A stretch of DNA of 64,000 nucleotides, from assembly GCF_018977255.1 (NCBI RefSeq), contig NW_024704743.1:22508001-22572000 (forward strand), given 5' to 3'. Below the pieces are notes generated by a model. That model did not search any database and was not told the DNA's origin. It saw only the letters and a list, made by a program, of their open reading frames with translations. This stretch comes from Callorhinchus milii. Its lineage: Eukaryota. Of this stretch, positions 1-11,504 are shown one piece after another (within the stretch, counting starts at the first letter, position 1; each line of letters starts with the position of its first letter). The position numbers and the translations under genes were made by a program.

Positions 1-500
1 ACTGGCAGGATAAGAATAAACAACCTTTCCTTTCTTACATCCATGAAGTAATTATCTCACATAAAAAGAATAATAAAATACAATCTGCAGATTTGTTATA
101 GAAGACTTTAACATAATATTGATTAAAACTTGAATTTGTTATGGACAAAGATCTTCAACAATCTTTAGCTACAATGACAAGTCATCTTGACATTTTTCTC
201 GTTACATCACCATTTTTAACCATTAATCAAAATGGTGTCTAATCGTCATAAGCATTTCTTAACCATTGATTAAAATAATTATTTCGACTACATGGGTTAA
301 CATATTCACAATTTCAATTATGAAGCGGGATTACATGTGTGTATTATATTATATATATATATAGATTTGTTTGGGTGCGCACACAGATGGCCACACACAA
401 ATTTGCACTCTTCTGTAATATGGCAAGGCACACATTGTGCTTTTAAGAGTTAGTTTTGCTGTTCAAAGTTGAACATCTATAATAATCCTGGCATTTGATA

Positions 501-819
501 TAATAATAATACTAATAATAATAATAATCCTTGCATTTGATATAGCGCTTTTCACGTCGGGAGGACGTCCCAAAGCGCTTCACAGAATATACTGTAAAGT
601 GAATTGACTGTATATTTGTGGGTGAAACGCAGCAGCGAATTGCGCACAGCAGTGTCCCACCAACACTCGTGGATTGAAGTGACCAATTTTTTTTTCTTGA
701 GGGATTATTATTAGGTGTGTGGAGTAAGGAAATTTGCCGAAGGTTTCACCCTGCTGGGAATCAAACCCAGGTCTCTCACTCGAGAGGCGAGTGCTCTAAC
801 CACTGAGCTACAGGACTCC
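501..819 (-). mobile_element. tRNA(Ala)-derived SINE, short subfamily
   Basis: Reverse complement gives head GGAGTCCTGTAGCTCAGTGGTTAGAGC (A box), B-box-like GGTTTGATTCC, Deu-like core GTGGGACACTGCTGTGCGCAA and tail CAAATGCAAGG(ATT)n. Confidence 0.9.
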
Positions 820-1469
820 ACAAATATTCTAAGGAAGTCTAAAATAGGCACAAAAAAGAGATCTTTTCTCTATCCCAAAAGTCGATGGACGCACCTCTGA
901 TAATTCAGCACTCACTAGACATTTCACTGGACTGTCAGTCTAGACTATTAATCTCAAGACCTAATATTGGGCTTTGAGCTCACAACCTTCTAACCCAGAA
1001 GTCAGGGAGGAGCAATTCCTACTGAGCCACACTGATTTCCTAAAATACTAGAAAATCAGCACTAAACATTTAAACATTCCATTAGAGCGTAATCTTAACC
1101 AAACAGTTGTTTTCTTTAAAATAGGCAAGACACATTAAATGACTAAGAGCCTGAACAACAAAGTCAGCAACAAAATTCATTGTCACATCTTAGGGATATT
1201 GATCAGATCCACTGGCATATCAAAAACTACCACATTTCATTTGGTTGTCAGTCTGGTGAAGGAACAATATTATTGTAGCTTATATATGTATTAAATTTAA
1301 TTAGCTGAAATACTTTTCAAGTTCTGAAGCAGAGATTTAACACACTTTAAATAGAGAAATGTAGGCCTGGAATAAAGAATTGATCAATCCGAAACACTTG
1401 TCCAAAATCTAGAAAATTTAAATTGGTTGATCTGCAGATGAGAGTTCAGGACTTGCTGCTACCTTCAGC

Positions 1470-1528
1470 ACCTTAACACGTCATGTTGAATGTATTAGTA
1501 CCTTAACACGTCATGTTGAATGTATAGT
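1470..1528. repeat. 30-bp tandem duplication ACCTTAACACGTCATGTTGAATGTATTAGT
   Basis: Two adjacent copies differing by one base. Confidence 0.9.
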
Positions 1529-2407
1529 CAAGCAGCTGTTGCTTGATTTGCTGTCCAATAACTGTCATTGAGTGACAAAATAGTGCTTGATTGCCATTTC
1601 TTTTGTGTAGCTGATTGTTATACAGTGCAAATATAGCTCCACAGATCACGCATCAGTGTAGATAATTGTGTTTCTTACCATTCTCCGTTCCATTCACTAA
1701 GCAAAATTGTTTCTTTTTTAAATGTTTTGTAAGTGTCTGTGAGAAGTGGGTTCCTATTACATAACTTGCTTCTCATTCATTCTTTCTGTCATTTTTGACG
1801 GTTTTAAGACTTTTATCTGAATATTTATTACCCTGCAATTTATCAAAAATGAGTCATTGTGTCTTGGATGGGGAATGAACAATCTACAGTAGGTCAACCC
1901 ATCATTGTGGTCACAGGCCTTCACGGTTCATCGGTGAAGTAGAATCTATGTTATACAGAATGTCAGTGTCATACAGAATCTACTTATAATGATTTTTTTA
2001 GCTTTATAGTTTAAGAATCTGACCAAGTCTGCTTTTCTCCATTTTTCTTCCATTGACCGTCTCCGACACTACCTCACCCCAACACTCCAGATGATAGAGT
2101 ACTCTGCAGCTCATCTTCTGTTAATCCTCACCATCCTTTGTGAGCCCATCGCTCCCACCCTCACTCAGCTCCATTGGATCCCTGTCCCCCAGCGGATTAA
2201 CTTTTAAGATCAACATGCTCGTCTACAAATGCCTTCACAGATTGCACGACCCTATCTCTTGTGACCCTTCTCCCCTAACCACATCCTCTGCTCTACCTGC
2301 ACGCTCTTGACAAACGAGCCTTCAGCAACTTTATCCCAATCCCTTTGGAACTTTCTTTCAATATTACTCCCTCTCACCTTTTCAATTGAACCTGAAGACC
2401 TGACTCT

Positions 2408-2731
2408 GATAATAATCCTTGCATTTGATATAGCGCTTTTCATGTCGGGAGGACATCCCAAAGCGCTTCACAGAACACACTGTAAAGTGAATTGACTGTA
2501 CATTTGTGGGAGAAAGCGGCAGCCAATTGCGCACAGCAATGTCCCACAAACAGTCGTAGATTGAAAATGACCAATTTAATTATTGTTTTTGATTTTTGGA
2601 GGGATTATTTATTATTATTAGGCGTGTGGAGTAAGGAAACTTGCCCAAGGTTTCGCCCTGACCTGCCTGGAATTGAACTCAGGTCTCTCACTTGCAAAGC
2701 GAGTGCTCTACCCACTGAGCTACAGGACTCC
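2408..2731 (-). mobile_element. tRNA-derived SINE, short subfamily
   Basis: Near-identical to the 501-819 and 10177-10503 copies. Confidence 0.9.
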
Positions 2732-3777
2732 ACAAATTGTGATTGTGCTTTAAACCACATTCATCCCCGGCTTCAAATAGTGACATAAATTTCAATTACA
2801 GCAAAATGATTATGTAGGGTAGAGTAACGGTGTGTGATTGATTCACTTGCAGCTTGGGAAAAACAATGACCATAAATAAAATAAACTAGAAACATTGCAT
2901 TGGAAAGAGGGTGGAAGACAGACATGAACTAAGATTTTTTGGGTTTGATATAATGCATTCTCATGTCGCCAAAATGTTTCACGGATATACTGTAGAGTGG
3001 TGTGGCTATGTATTTTGTGGGCAGTTTATCAGGCAACAAGTCTTTAACTTTGTTTTGTACACGAGTGGGAGAGAGATCCTAGAAGAGTTTACCTGAATAT
3101 GGATTTGTATTCAAATCTTGGGTTTTGGATGAAGTTATGAGTCGAGTGGGATGGAAATATTTTACATGAAAGGGCACTAAACTTGAAGGCAGGTTTAGCA
3201 ATTGTTGAGTGATGGAAACTTTATTTGCGATTAGAAGATTAGAGAGGTGTATGATGTATACAATGGAGCCATCAAACATAAGATCTTGGAAAGACTTGAA
3301 AGTGACACGATGTACCTGTCTCTCTGAGAAATTGAGATTGATGAAAGTGATTGTATTTAAAATTTGGACATAACAATGTACTGTAGCACTCAATTTAGAG
3401 AATGGCAGGGTTGGGAGATCAGAGGTAATAATAATCCTTGCGTTTAATATAACATTTATAAAATCTTTGAGACGTCTCAAAGCGCTTCAAGGAATATTTT
3501 GTAAAGCTGTGTAGTTTATGAGCGAAACACAGAAGCTAATTGCAGAGTGCCACAAAGAGTTGGGGATTGAGTGACCAAATTTAAAAGTGACCAAAGCTAG
3601 GGTGGGGAAGAGGGATGAAGGCCATAGAGGAGTTTCTTACTTGGGAAAGAGGGAGCTTGCTGTGAGGAAATGCCACGTCACTCGATGGCTGCCCTCAGTT
3701 TTTCACCGGGGCAGCCGAGGGAAGCTTTGATCATCTGTCCTGATAGTGAACCACAAGACGCTGCCCTCATTTTCCGC

Positions 3778-3958
3778 CTGTCTTTCTCTTTCTCTGCTCT
3801 CTCCCTCCCTCTTTCTGATTCTCTCACTCCCATTCTCCATCATGCTCTCTCATTCACTCTCTCCCCCTTTCTCTGTCAATCAGTCACTCTCTCCCCTCAC
3901 GCTCTCTTCCCCCTCTCACACACTCTCTGATCTCTCACCCCACACAAACACACACACA
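3778..3958. repeat. CT-rich low-complexity / (CA)n tract
   Basis: Degenerate (CT)n then (CA)n, read directly. Confidence 0.85.
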
Positions 3959-3959
3959 T

Positions 3960-4150
3960 CCCTTCAAAATAAATCAAAAAAAATTTGGTCACTGAATCCA
4001 CGACTGTTTGTGAGACACTGATGTGCGCAATTGGCTGCCACATTTTGCCGAAAAAATGTACAATTCACTTTACAGTATATTCTGTGAAGCGCTTAGAGAC
4101 ATCTTGAAGATGTGATAAGGTGTTGTATCAAATGCAAGGATTATTATTAT
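3960..4150 (+). mobile_element. 5'-truncated SINE (core and tail). Similar partial copies at about 3427-3590(-), 13750-13850(+), 42291-42385(-), 44060-44150(+), 45054-45146(-), 49975-50150(-), 50630-50770(-), 53545-53660(+)
   Basis: Shared CAATTCACTTTACAGTATATTCTGTGAAGCGCTT...CAAATGCAAGGATTATT motif. Confidence 0.8.
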
Positions 4151-4518
4151 AACTATCTGGCAGCAGCATGAGCTGGCGGTTGGAAGGACACAGTGGGTGA
4201 GGAGACCTGCGTGCCTTCCCCTCAGCACCAGAGGGATTCCCTAACAGACTGCAACGCATTGTGCTGCGGGGCGGGGAAATAATGTCGCCCATTGCTTAAG
4301 TCTGTCAGAGAGTCCCTCTCGAGCTGAGGGGAAGGGAAGCAGGACTCCTAACCAACTGCATCCTCCCAAGTACTGGCTCCTGATGCTGCCATGAGAGGAA
4401 GGTTGGCGAGGGAGGGAATGAACGAGTGGGCTGGATGAAATCATCTCCGGGCTGGATGCTGCCTGCGGGCCAATGGTTGGACCACCTTGATTAAAGCTAT
4501 TTCGCCTTTTTTTGGTAG

Positions 4519-4676
4519 ATACTGGTTTAGGATGGCAAGGACCAAGGTCTCGTTCAGCTGAACAGCTGAAGAATGGAAATGTGTGCTCTTCACCTTTGAT
4601 GCCTTCTAGCAATGTAAACATTGTATGGTCTACAATACCTGATCAAGTCACCCTAGGTCTACATCAGCCCCCAGAG
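4519..4676 (+). CDS. OSBPL10: ORP10 linker exon (xTGLGWQGPRSRSAEQLKNGNVCSSPLMPSSNVNIVWSTIPDQVTLGLHQPPE); absent from ORF track
   Basis: Acceptor ttttttttggtag at 4517-18, donor GAG|gtaaga at 4677. 158 nt, open frame, ends in phase 0 matching the next exon. Peptide resembles ORP10 LGWHGSKSHSTEQLKNG...NITW. Confidence 0.85.
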
Positions 4677-5884
4677 GTAAGATGAATAAGCTGTTACACT
4701 GTGAGCATGTAAATAAAGAATTTTGTTTGCTGTTATTTTGATTTTAATCATGATTTCCTTGTACCCTTAAATTAAAATTGGAGAAATTAAGAATATAGTT
4801 GAATTGTGATTTAAGCAGCAACAACAGCTACTTGCATTTAACTAACACACTTCAGGTAGAGCATCAGAGGATTTTTGAAGAGAGGACGATGATGAATTTG
4901 AAAGGGAGAGGAACATTGCTGGATTGTAGAGAAAGTTTGACAGCATTCACAAGCAAAGGGGTTGGGTGGGGGCAGAAGCTAGGTGAGAAGTTGAGTCAAT
5001 AGGAGTTGGTGGGTTTCATATTGGAGATGAAGGTGGAAAGGGATGATGGAGAAATGGGACAAAATTGTGGAAAGCATGGTCAGTTGAAGAGGTAGGGCGC
5101 TGGGGGAGGAGGAAGATAGTAAAATAATTGTTGGATTTAACATAGCACCTTATGTTGTTGAGATGTCTCAAAAGCACTTCACAGGATATACTGTAGAGTG
5201 TAGTGACGATTTTGAAGGTGAAGGTGGCAGTTGATTTGCGGACAACAATGTCCCACAAACGCCCTGAAGAGAATGATCAATTTTTATCTATGGGATTGTT
5301 GGCCAGGACATCAGGAGAAACTCTCTGCTCTAGGAGTTGCAGCTGGGTGAATTTCATTGATTTTTGGCCGATGACCTCTTCACATTTAGAGTTGAAGGAG
5401 CTTTAAGGGGAGCGTGAGAGGAGATGACCAATGGTGGAAGAGAATAGCTTGGCGATGTTTTTGGTCTCCAGGATGAGGTTTCGTGTCAGAAAGAGTGAGG
5501 TGATCTTTTCTGGGGGAATAAGGCAGATAGATTTGGCAGTGAACCTTGATGCAGTTTTTAATCCGGCCTCCGTGACCCCATCACCCCCACCCTCGCCGGG
5601 CTCCAATGGTTTCCCATCCCAAGATTAATATTTGAAGGAGTAGGCTGCTGTCCCGTGGGGAAATGGCATGGATGGCAGGTAGTTGAATGAGAAAACACAT
5701 TTGTGAAAGAAGACTATGAAGTGACGGAATCAATATTGATTATTTGAGGAACAAGTTTGGGGTCTTGCTAACAAGTTTACGATTATTTGACTTTTCCAGC
5801 AACTGGTTTGCAGATCAACTGGAATGCTATAAGGAAGTGCCAGTTTTGTGTCCCATAAGTGTAAATACCTTATCTGTTTTCGTC

Positions 5885-6903
5885 TTGTTCGACCCTCAAC
5901 TGACCTCTCTCCTCCATATCCATACCATGATCTGTTCTGCCTTCCCCCACCTCCGCAACATTGCCCGACTCTGCCACTAGCTCACCCTCAGGGCGCCAAA
6001 ACCCTCATACATGCATTTGTCACCTCAAGGCTCGACTACAGAAACGCTCTCCTTGTCGGCCTCTGCAGCTCTTCCCTCCACAAGCTGCAGATCATCCAGA
6101 ATTCTGCAGCTCATGTTCTCTCCCGCACCAGGCTCTGACCCCATCACCCTCGCCCGGCTCCAATGGTTTCCCATCCCTCAGGGGATAGAATTCAAAATCC
6201 TCGTCCTCACTTTCAAGGCCCTTTATGGCCTTGCCCCCTCCTACATCTCTGCCCTGCTGATCCCCTATCAACCTATAATAATAATAATAATCCTTGCATT
6301 TGATATAGCGCTTTTCACGTCAGGAGGACGTACCAAAGCGCTCACAGAACACACTGTAAAGTGAATTGACTGTATATTTGTGGGCGAACGCGGCAGCCAA
6401 TTGCGCACAGCAATGTCCCACAAATAGTCGCAGATTGAAAATGAAATGAAAATATTATTGTTTTTTGTTTTGGAGGGATTATTATTAGGCTCTGTGTGGA
6501 GTAAGGAAACTTGCCCAAGGTTTCGCCCTCTGCCTGGAATTGAACTCGGGTCTCTCGCTTGCAAAGCGAGTGCTCTAACCACTGAGCTACAGGACTCCGT
6601 CCACTCCCTCCGCTCAGCAGGCTCTGTCGGTGGCCGGGCTTTCAGCCTCTCTGCCCCCACTCTTTGGAATTCCATCCCACAATCCCTTCACCTTGCTCCC
6701 TCTCTTGCCTCCTTCAAGGCACGACTCAAGACCCTCCTTTTTGACCGTGCCTTCAGCCGACCTCCTACCCCCTCTACCCTTCCTTATCCCAACCCTGTCC
6801 TCCAGGCTCGGGTCCTGATCCCTGACTGTTTCAGCGCCTTGGGATACCCTCCCGACGTGAAAGGTGCTTTACAAATGTAATTTTGTTGTTGTTGTTGTTG
6901 TTA
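5885..6903 (+). mobile_element. L2-clade LINE 3' fragment (interrupted by SINE)
   Basis: Translates HAFVTSRLDY, LQIIQNSAA, LQWFPI, FKILVL, GGRAFSLSAPTLWNSIP; ends in AATGTAATTT(TGT)n. Confidence 0.9.
6275..6598 (-). mobile_element. tRNA-derived SINE inserted into an L2 fragment
   Basis: Full head-to-tail copy; flanks rejoin as L2 sequence colinear with the uninterrupted copy at about 12240. Confidence 0.92.
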
Positions 6904-7584
6904 TAAGTGGATTTTCATAGGTGTGTTGGGACAGATGGGGGGGTGGGAGGGAATTGCAAAACTACCTGGTGTAATAAGATGTTGCAAAACATCTGGACAT
7001 AGGATCTTACAAATGAAATGGTGGCTCTTGCTAATTTATAGCAGCTCACTGAAAGTGAGGCATGGGCAAGTAACCAAACCTTTAAACCAATCCAGAGTCT
7101 AAATGTTCTTTCTATAAACTAGCAATACCTTTTACTATTTTTATCCATAATTTTTGCCTGATCAAGTGTGTGCACTAATTCAAGACTCATCAATGGGCAT
7201 TAATTAATGGGTATTTACAAAACAGAGTTTGATAGATAAATGCAAGGTACTACATATAGGATCCAAGCATAGGAAACACAAGTACTCCATAGATGGGATA
7301 ATCATGCCAATGGGGAAATTGAAAGAGATCTAGGGATGTCAGTTGACTCATCGCTCCCAATGTTCACTATGGTCAATGCGGTTTGAGGCAGCAACAAACA
7401 AGGATTTGGGGCTATATTACTTAATTATTTCAGTACAGATCCTCAGATGGCATACTCGGGCTATACAGTGCTCTGGACAGACCAGACCTTGAGTACTACA
7501 TACAGTTCTGGGCAGCCTAGGCCCTAGAGACAGTGCAGTGGAGAGAAAGAGGATGATCCCCAGTGTTAGAGGAATGAGCTATGA

Positions 7585-8292
7585 CCTGGGCCAATAGAAA
7601 AATGTGGACATTTTTGCAAACAAAATTGCAGTGAATCTTGTGGGGGATTGTGGAGGCCTTTCTTAAACTTTTCGGGGAAATTGTTGGGGCTGATTGGTGC
7701 TATTGGGTACATTTTACTTCTACATTTTTTCTCCTTATTGATAAAAGACTAAACATAAGGAAATAACACATTTTATTAATTGTTTCTTTAACAAAGACTG
7801 AGTGGCCATTTTGTATGGGTGTGGGCAGAGGGGGGCACTAGTGAGGCTACCACCTCCTGGATCTCTCTCACACACACTCACGCGCAGAGAGAGAGACACG
7901 CGCAGAGAGAGAGACACGCGCAGAGAGAGAGACACGCGCAGAGAGAGAGACACGCGCAGAGAGAGAGACACGCGCAGAGAGAGAGACACGCGCAGAGAGA
8001 GAGACACGCGCAGAGAGAGAGACACGCGCAGAGAGAGAGACAGAGCGAGACATGCGCACTCACAGTCACCGATAATCACAACAGCGGGGCCTCTGAGTGT
8101 AGACCATATACCCTTTGCACCGCACTGTGCATGCGCATCCGGAGCCGCTTCGCCCACAGTGACATCGGGTAAACAGCGCGAGCGGCCCACGGGCCAGAAA
8201 CTGCATTTGTGGCAGGGTTTGTAGTGGACGACGAGGTCCATTGTGGCAGAAAATACGGGAAAGGTGTGACCGCACTTTTCTGTTGGCCCAGG
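7585..8292. mobile_element. Non-autonomous DNA transposon, 23-bp TIR, 6-bp TSD (CTATGA)
   Basis: Left TIR CCTGGGCCAATAGAAAAATGTGG versus reverse complement of right end CCTGGGCCAACAGAAAAGTGCGG (20/23). CTATGA at 7579-7584 and 8293-8298. Confidence 0.85.
7879..8040. repeat. Minisatellite (CACGCGCAGAGAGAGAGA) x9
   Basis: Nine perfect 18-bp units read directly. Confidence 0.97.
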
Positions 8293-9214
8293 CTATGAGA
8301 AACAACTAGACAGGCCAGGACTCTTCAGTCTTGAGAGGGAACGACTCACAGAGGTGTAAACCCAGATCAATACTTTGGGATCCACCAAGACAGTAGAATA
8401 AAAGGACATGAGTTCAAAGGCGTAAATGTTATTTTCAGGGCAGATGCTAGGAAGCTTTTCTTCATTCAGTGGATAATTCTAGCAGTAATTTGCACCTTTT
8501 CATGTCATCAGACATCTCAAAGACATCAGACATCAGACATCTCTCTTCACAGGATATACTGTAAAGTAGATTGAATCTGTTTTTTGTGGGCATAATTAAT
8601 GACTAGATCAGGTTATCAGTTAGAGTGTTTGAGGCCAGAACATTCAACTCATTTGAAAAGCAGTTTGATGCTGTGATGGGGGTTGATAGGATGGATATTG
8701 TGGAAGAATGAGATCAGATAAGCCAATAAGTCTTCTTATCCAACAACAATTTGCATTTTTATAGCGTGCTTCATGTGGAAGCATCACAAAGCTCTTAAAC
8801 TCCAAGCCAGGCAGCACAAATGTTAATGGAGACCGACTCCCGAAATTATCATAGGTGTCAATCATGATGGTCTCCTTGCTAATGGTGTGTTCAAAGCCCT
8901 CAAGCCATTTGGGGTGCAAACATTGGTCTGGAAATCTTTTTGAAGATATTAAAAGGCTCAGTGTACTGTTGGCTTTCTAACATTAAAATGTTAAAAACAG
9001 TATTGGTTGTGTTGTTTGGCTTGGTACAAAGTGATGTTGAAAGGAATGTTAACCAGGCACTCAGATAAATGCAGTTAAACTTCTAGTAAATTTCAGTGCC
9101 AGAATGTTACTTTCTCAAAGATGGTATTTGGATTTTAGCTTGGCTACCGTCAGTATGAGCTGTGATGAACTGTTCATGTTCCTAATATACGTAAATTACC
9201 TTGATTCCTAAATT

Positions 9215-9650
9215 CAGTGCAAGGTAGTTATATTTGCAGATGTTAACCAAGCTGGGGACGGACAGACTGTGGAATCTGAGGAAGCAGCCAAGGTCTTGCA
9301 AAAAGAGATCTAATATGTACCTGGCCTGATCATTGGAAAATGTAATTTAATACAGATAAATGCAAGGTATTTCAAATAGGAACTAAAAATAGCAGGAATA
9401 TGTACTTTATAGCTGGGCTAAAACATGCTGAGGGGTGAGTTGAAAGTGATCAGGGTTTCGTCATGTCTAAACAGTGTGAGTAACAATAACCAAAACAAAC
9501 AGAAGCTTTGCTTAACCAATTAGGTTCTGATTTCCAGATGTCATGTTTGGCCACAGGTAGAGTTGTGTCTACAGTTTTGGTTGCACTCACATAAGAATAG
9601 TCCATGAACAGTAAGGAGGAGAGGCATGAGGATGATCTCCAGTTTCAAAG
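9215..9650 (+). mobile_element. Degraded CR1 RT fragment. CR1 3' fragments also at about 14200-14460(-), 17740-17920(-), 21085-21395(+), 29415-29630(+), 37765-37970(-), 47370-47490(-)
   Basis: TTTGCAGATG..ACCAAGCTGGGG (FADDTKLG-like) and TTTAATACAGATAAATGCAAGGTA (FNTDKCKV). Confidence 0.65.
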
Positions 9651-10176
9651 GGATTGTTTTTAAAAGTGGAGTTTAATATAACATATAACTCTCACTTAAT
9701 GTTGTTGGATATGAAAGATTTGAGGATATTTATTCATGTTATAATAATAAATAAAAATATTTATTATTATGTTCTACAAAATAGCAGCTACTTGTATTAT
9801 AGCACCTTTCACATAAGGATAAGCCTTAAAAGCACTTGCAAAATATAATTGCTAAGAAATGAAATTAATCTTGTTGTGTAGACTATAGGCAGCTTACCTG
9901 TACCAGCAACATAAACAACAAAGATATGAGGGGCCTATTAATTTGAATTTGGGATGTTGAGGGAAATATAAACTGACATCCCAAAGCAGTGCTAGAGGCG
10001 TGTTGCATTGTCGGAAGTGCTGTCCCTCAGATAAGACATTAAACCGGGGTCCCATCCACTTGTACAGGTGGATATTAAAGATCTTGAAAACAGAACGGAG
10101 TTTCTGCTGGTGTCCTGGCCAATTGTTTCATGGTAATTACTGTGCACAAATTGGGCCACCATGTATGCCTAGAAAT

Positions 10177-10503
10177 AGTCCTGTAGCTCAGTGGTTAGAG
10201 CACTCGCTTTGCAAGTGAGAGACCTGAGTTCAATTCCAGGCAGAGGGCGAAACCTTGGGCAAGTTTCCTTACTCCACACAGAGCCTAATAATAATCCCTC
10301 CAAAACCAAAAACAATAATAAATTGGTCATTTTCAATCTACGACTGTTTGTGGGACATTGCTGTGCGCAATTGGCTGCCGCGTTCGCCCACAAATATACA
10401 GTCAATTCACTTTACAGTGTGTTCTGTGAAGCGCTTTGGGACGTCCTCCCGATGTGAAGCGCTATATCAAATGCAAGGATTATTATTATTATTATTATTA
10501 TTA
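10177..10503 (+). mobile_element. tRNA-derived SINE, short subfamily
   Basis: A box TAGCTCAGTGG, anticodon loop TTTGCAA, B box GTTCAATTCC, (ATT)n tail. Confidence 0.92.
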
Positions 10504-11504
10504 CTCCTGGAAAGTGCTTTGAGACGCTTTGATAACATAAGGTGCTATAGAATGCAAGGATTATTAATGATTGTGATTATTTTTGTGCCTGAAATTGGGT
10601 TTTCCCAAGGCAATAATGGATTTATAATTGCGAGAACCAATGATTAGAAGTAGTGCACAGATGGTAAACCTGAAAAAAATGCTGTGAAAATTGTTTATGG
10701 AACTTTGCAGGTGCAGATTAGCTGCTGTGTATGCCTACGTGACAACATTTACTTTCATTCCAAACCCATTTTATTTGTAAAAGGCTTTGAAACTATCATA
10801 TGGAAATATAACAATTTGCACTTCTCAGAGCTCTTAACAGTGGGGGAGCTTGACTCCGAGCCAGGGGAAGTGGGGAGGTGGCCATAAGCACGGTCAAAGA
10901 GGAAAGTTTTCAGGTGGGACTTGAAAGAGGGGAGAGGGGGGGCAAGGCGGAGGGATTGAGGGAAAGTGTTTCAGAATTTTGGGGCGTAGTGGCTGAAAAC
11001 ATGACCTCCGATGGTGGGGTGGAGGGTGCGGGGGATGAGCAGTTGAGCGCCGGGTGGTGGAATGAGGAAGTCGGAGAGGTAGGGAGGTGTCAGGGAGTGA
11101 ATGGATTTCACTCCGTTGGAGGGCGCTATATAAGTGCAAGTTGTTGTTATATTCCATATCATAGTGTATAAATATGGTATATAAATGCAAATTATAAGAA
11201 ATTATTACTAATCTCTTCAAGGAGTTCACAATCATTAGGTGAAAAATATACATATATATTTATAACCAAAAATCAACCATTATACTATAGACCTCAGCAG
11301 TACCCCAACACACACTCTCTGGTCCCTAAGCCTTGGCTCTTTCCAACCTGCGCCTAATACTTTCTGGAATTAGGTAAACAGGAGACGTCCCTCCAGGGAG
11401 AGAATGTGCATTCCATTCCAACGGTCTATCTGAATTTCCATGTATAGGTGGGATGCCTGGAACTCTTGTGTGTTTGATTTGGATACTCTTAAGCATGGTG
11501 AAGC

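Larger units (their letters stand above)
7190..8480 (+). mobile_element. CR1 LINE RT/3' fragment, split by the 7585-8292 insertion
   Basis: DKCKVLHIG, ERDLG and RPDLEY motifs; GMSYE/KQLDRPGLFSLER reconstituted across the insertion. Confidence 0.8.

Noticed and set aside
4241..4621. 126-aa minus-strand ORF overlapping the 4519 exon
   Set aside because: No recognisable homology; the + strand frame has splice sites and ORP10 similarity.
7879..8040. Possible CRISPR-like array
   Set aside because: Units are contiguous with no unique spacers, and the DNA is vertebrate.
7735..8241. Repetitive ORFs (RRERDT, HAQRER, SLSLRV repeats)
   Set aside because: Stop-free translation of the 18-bp minisatellite in several frames; no gene structure.
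10177..10250. tRNA-Ala gene
   Set aside because: It is the head of a multicopy SINE, continuing into core and LINE-like tail with no proper acceptor stem or terminator.
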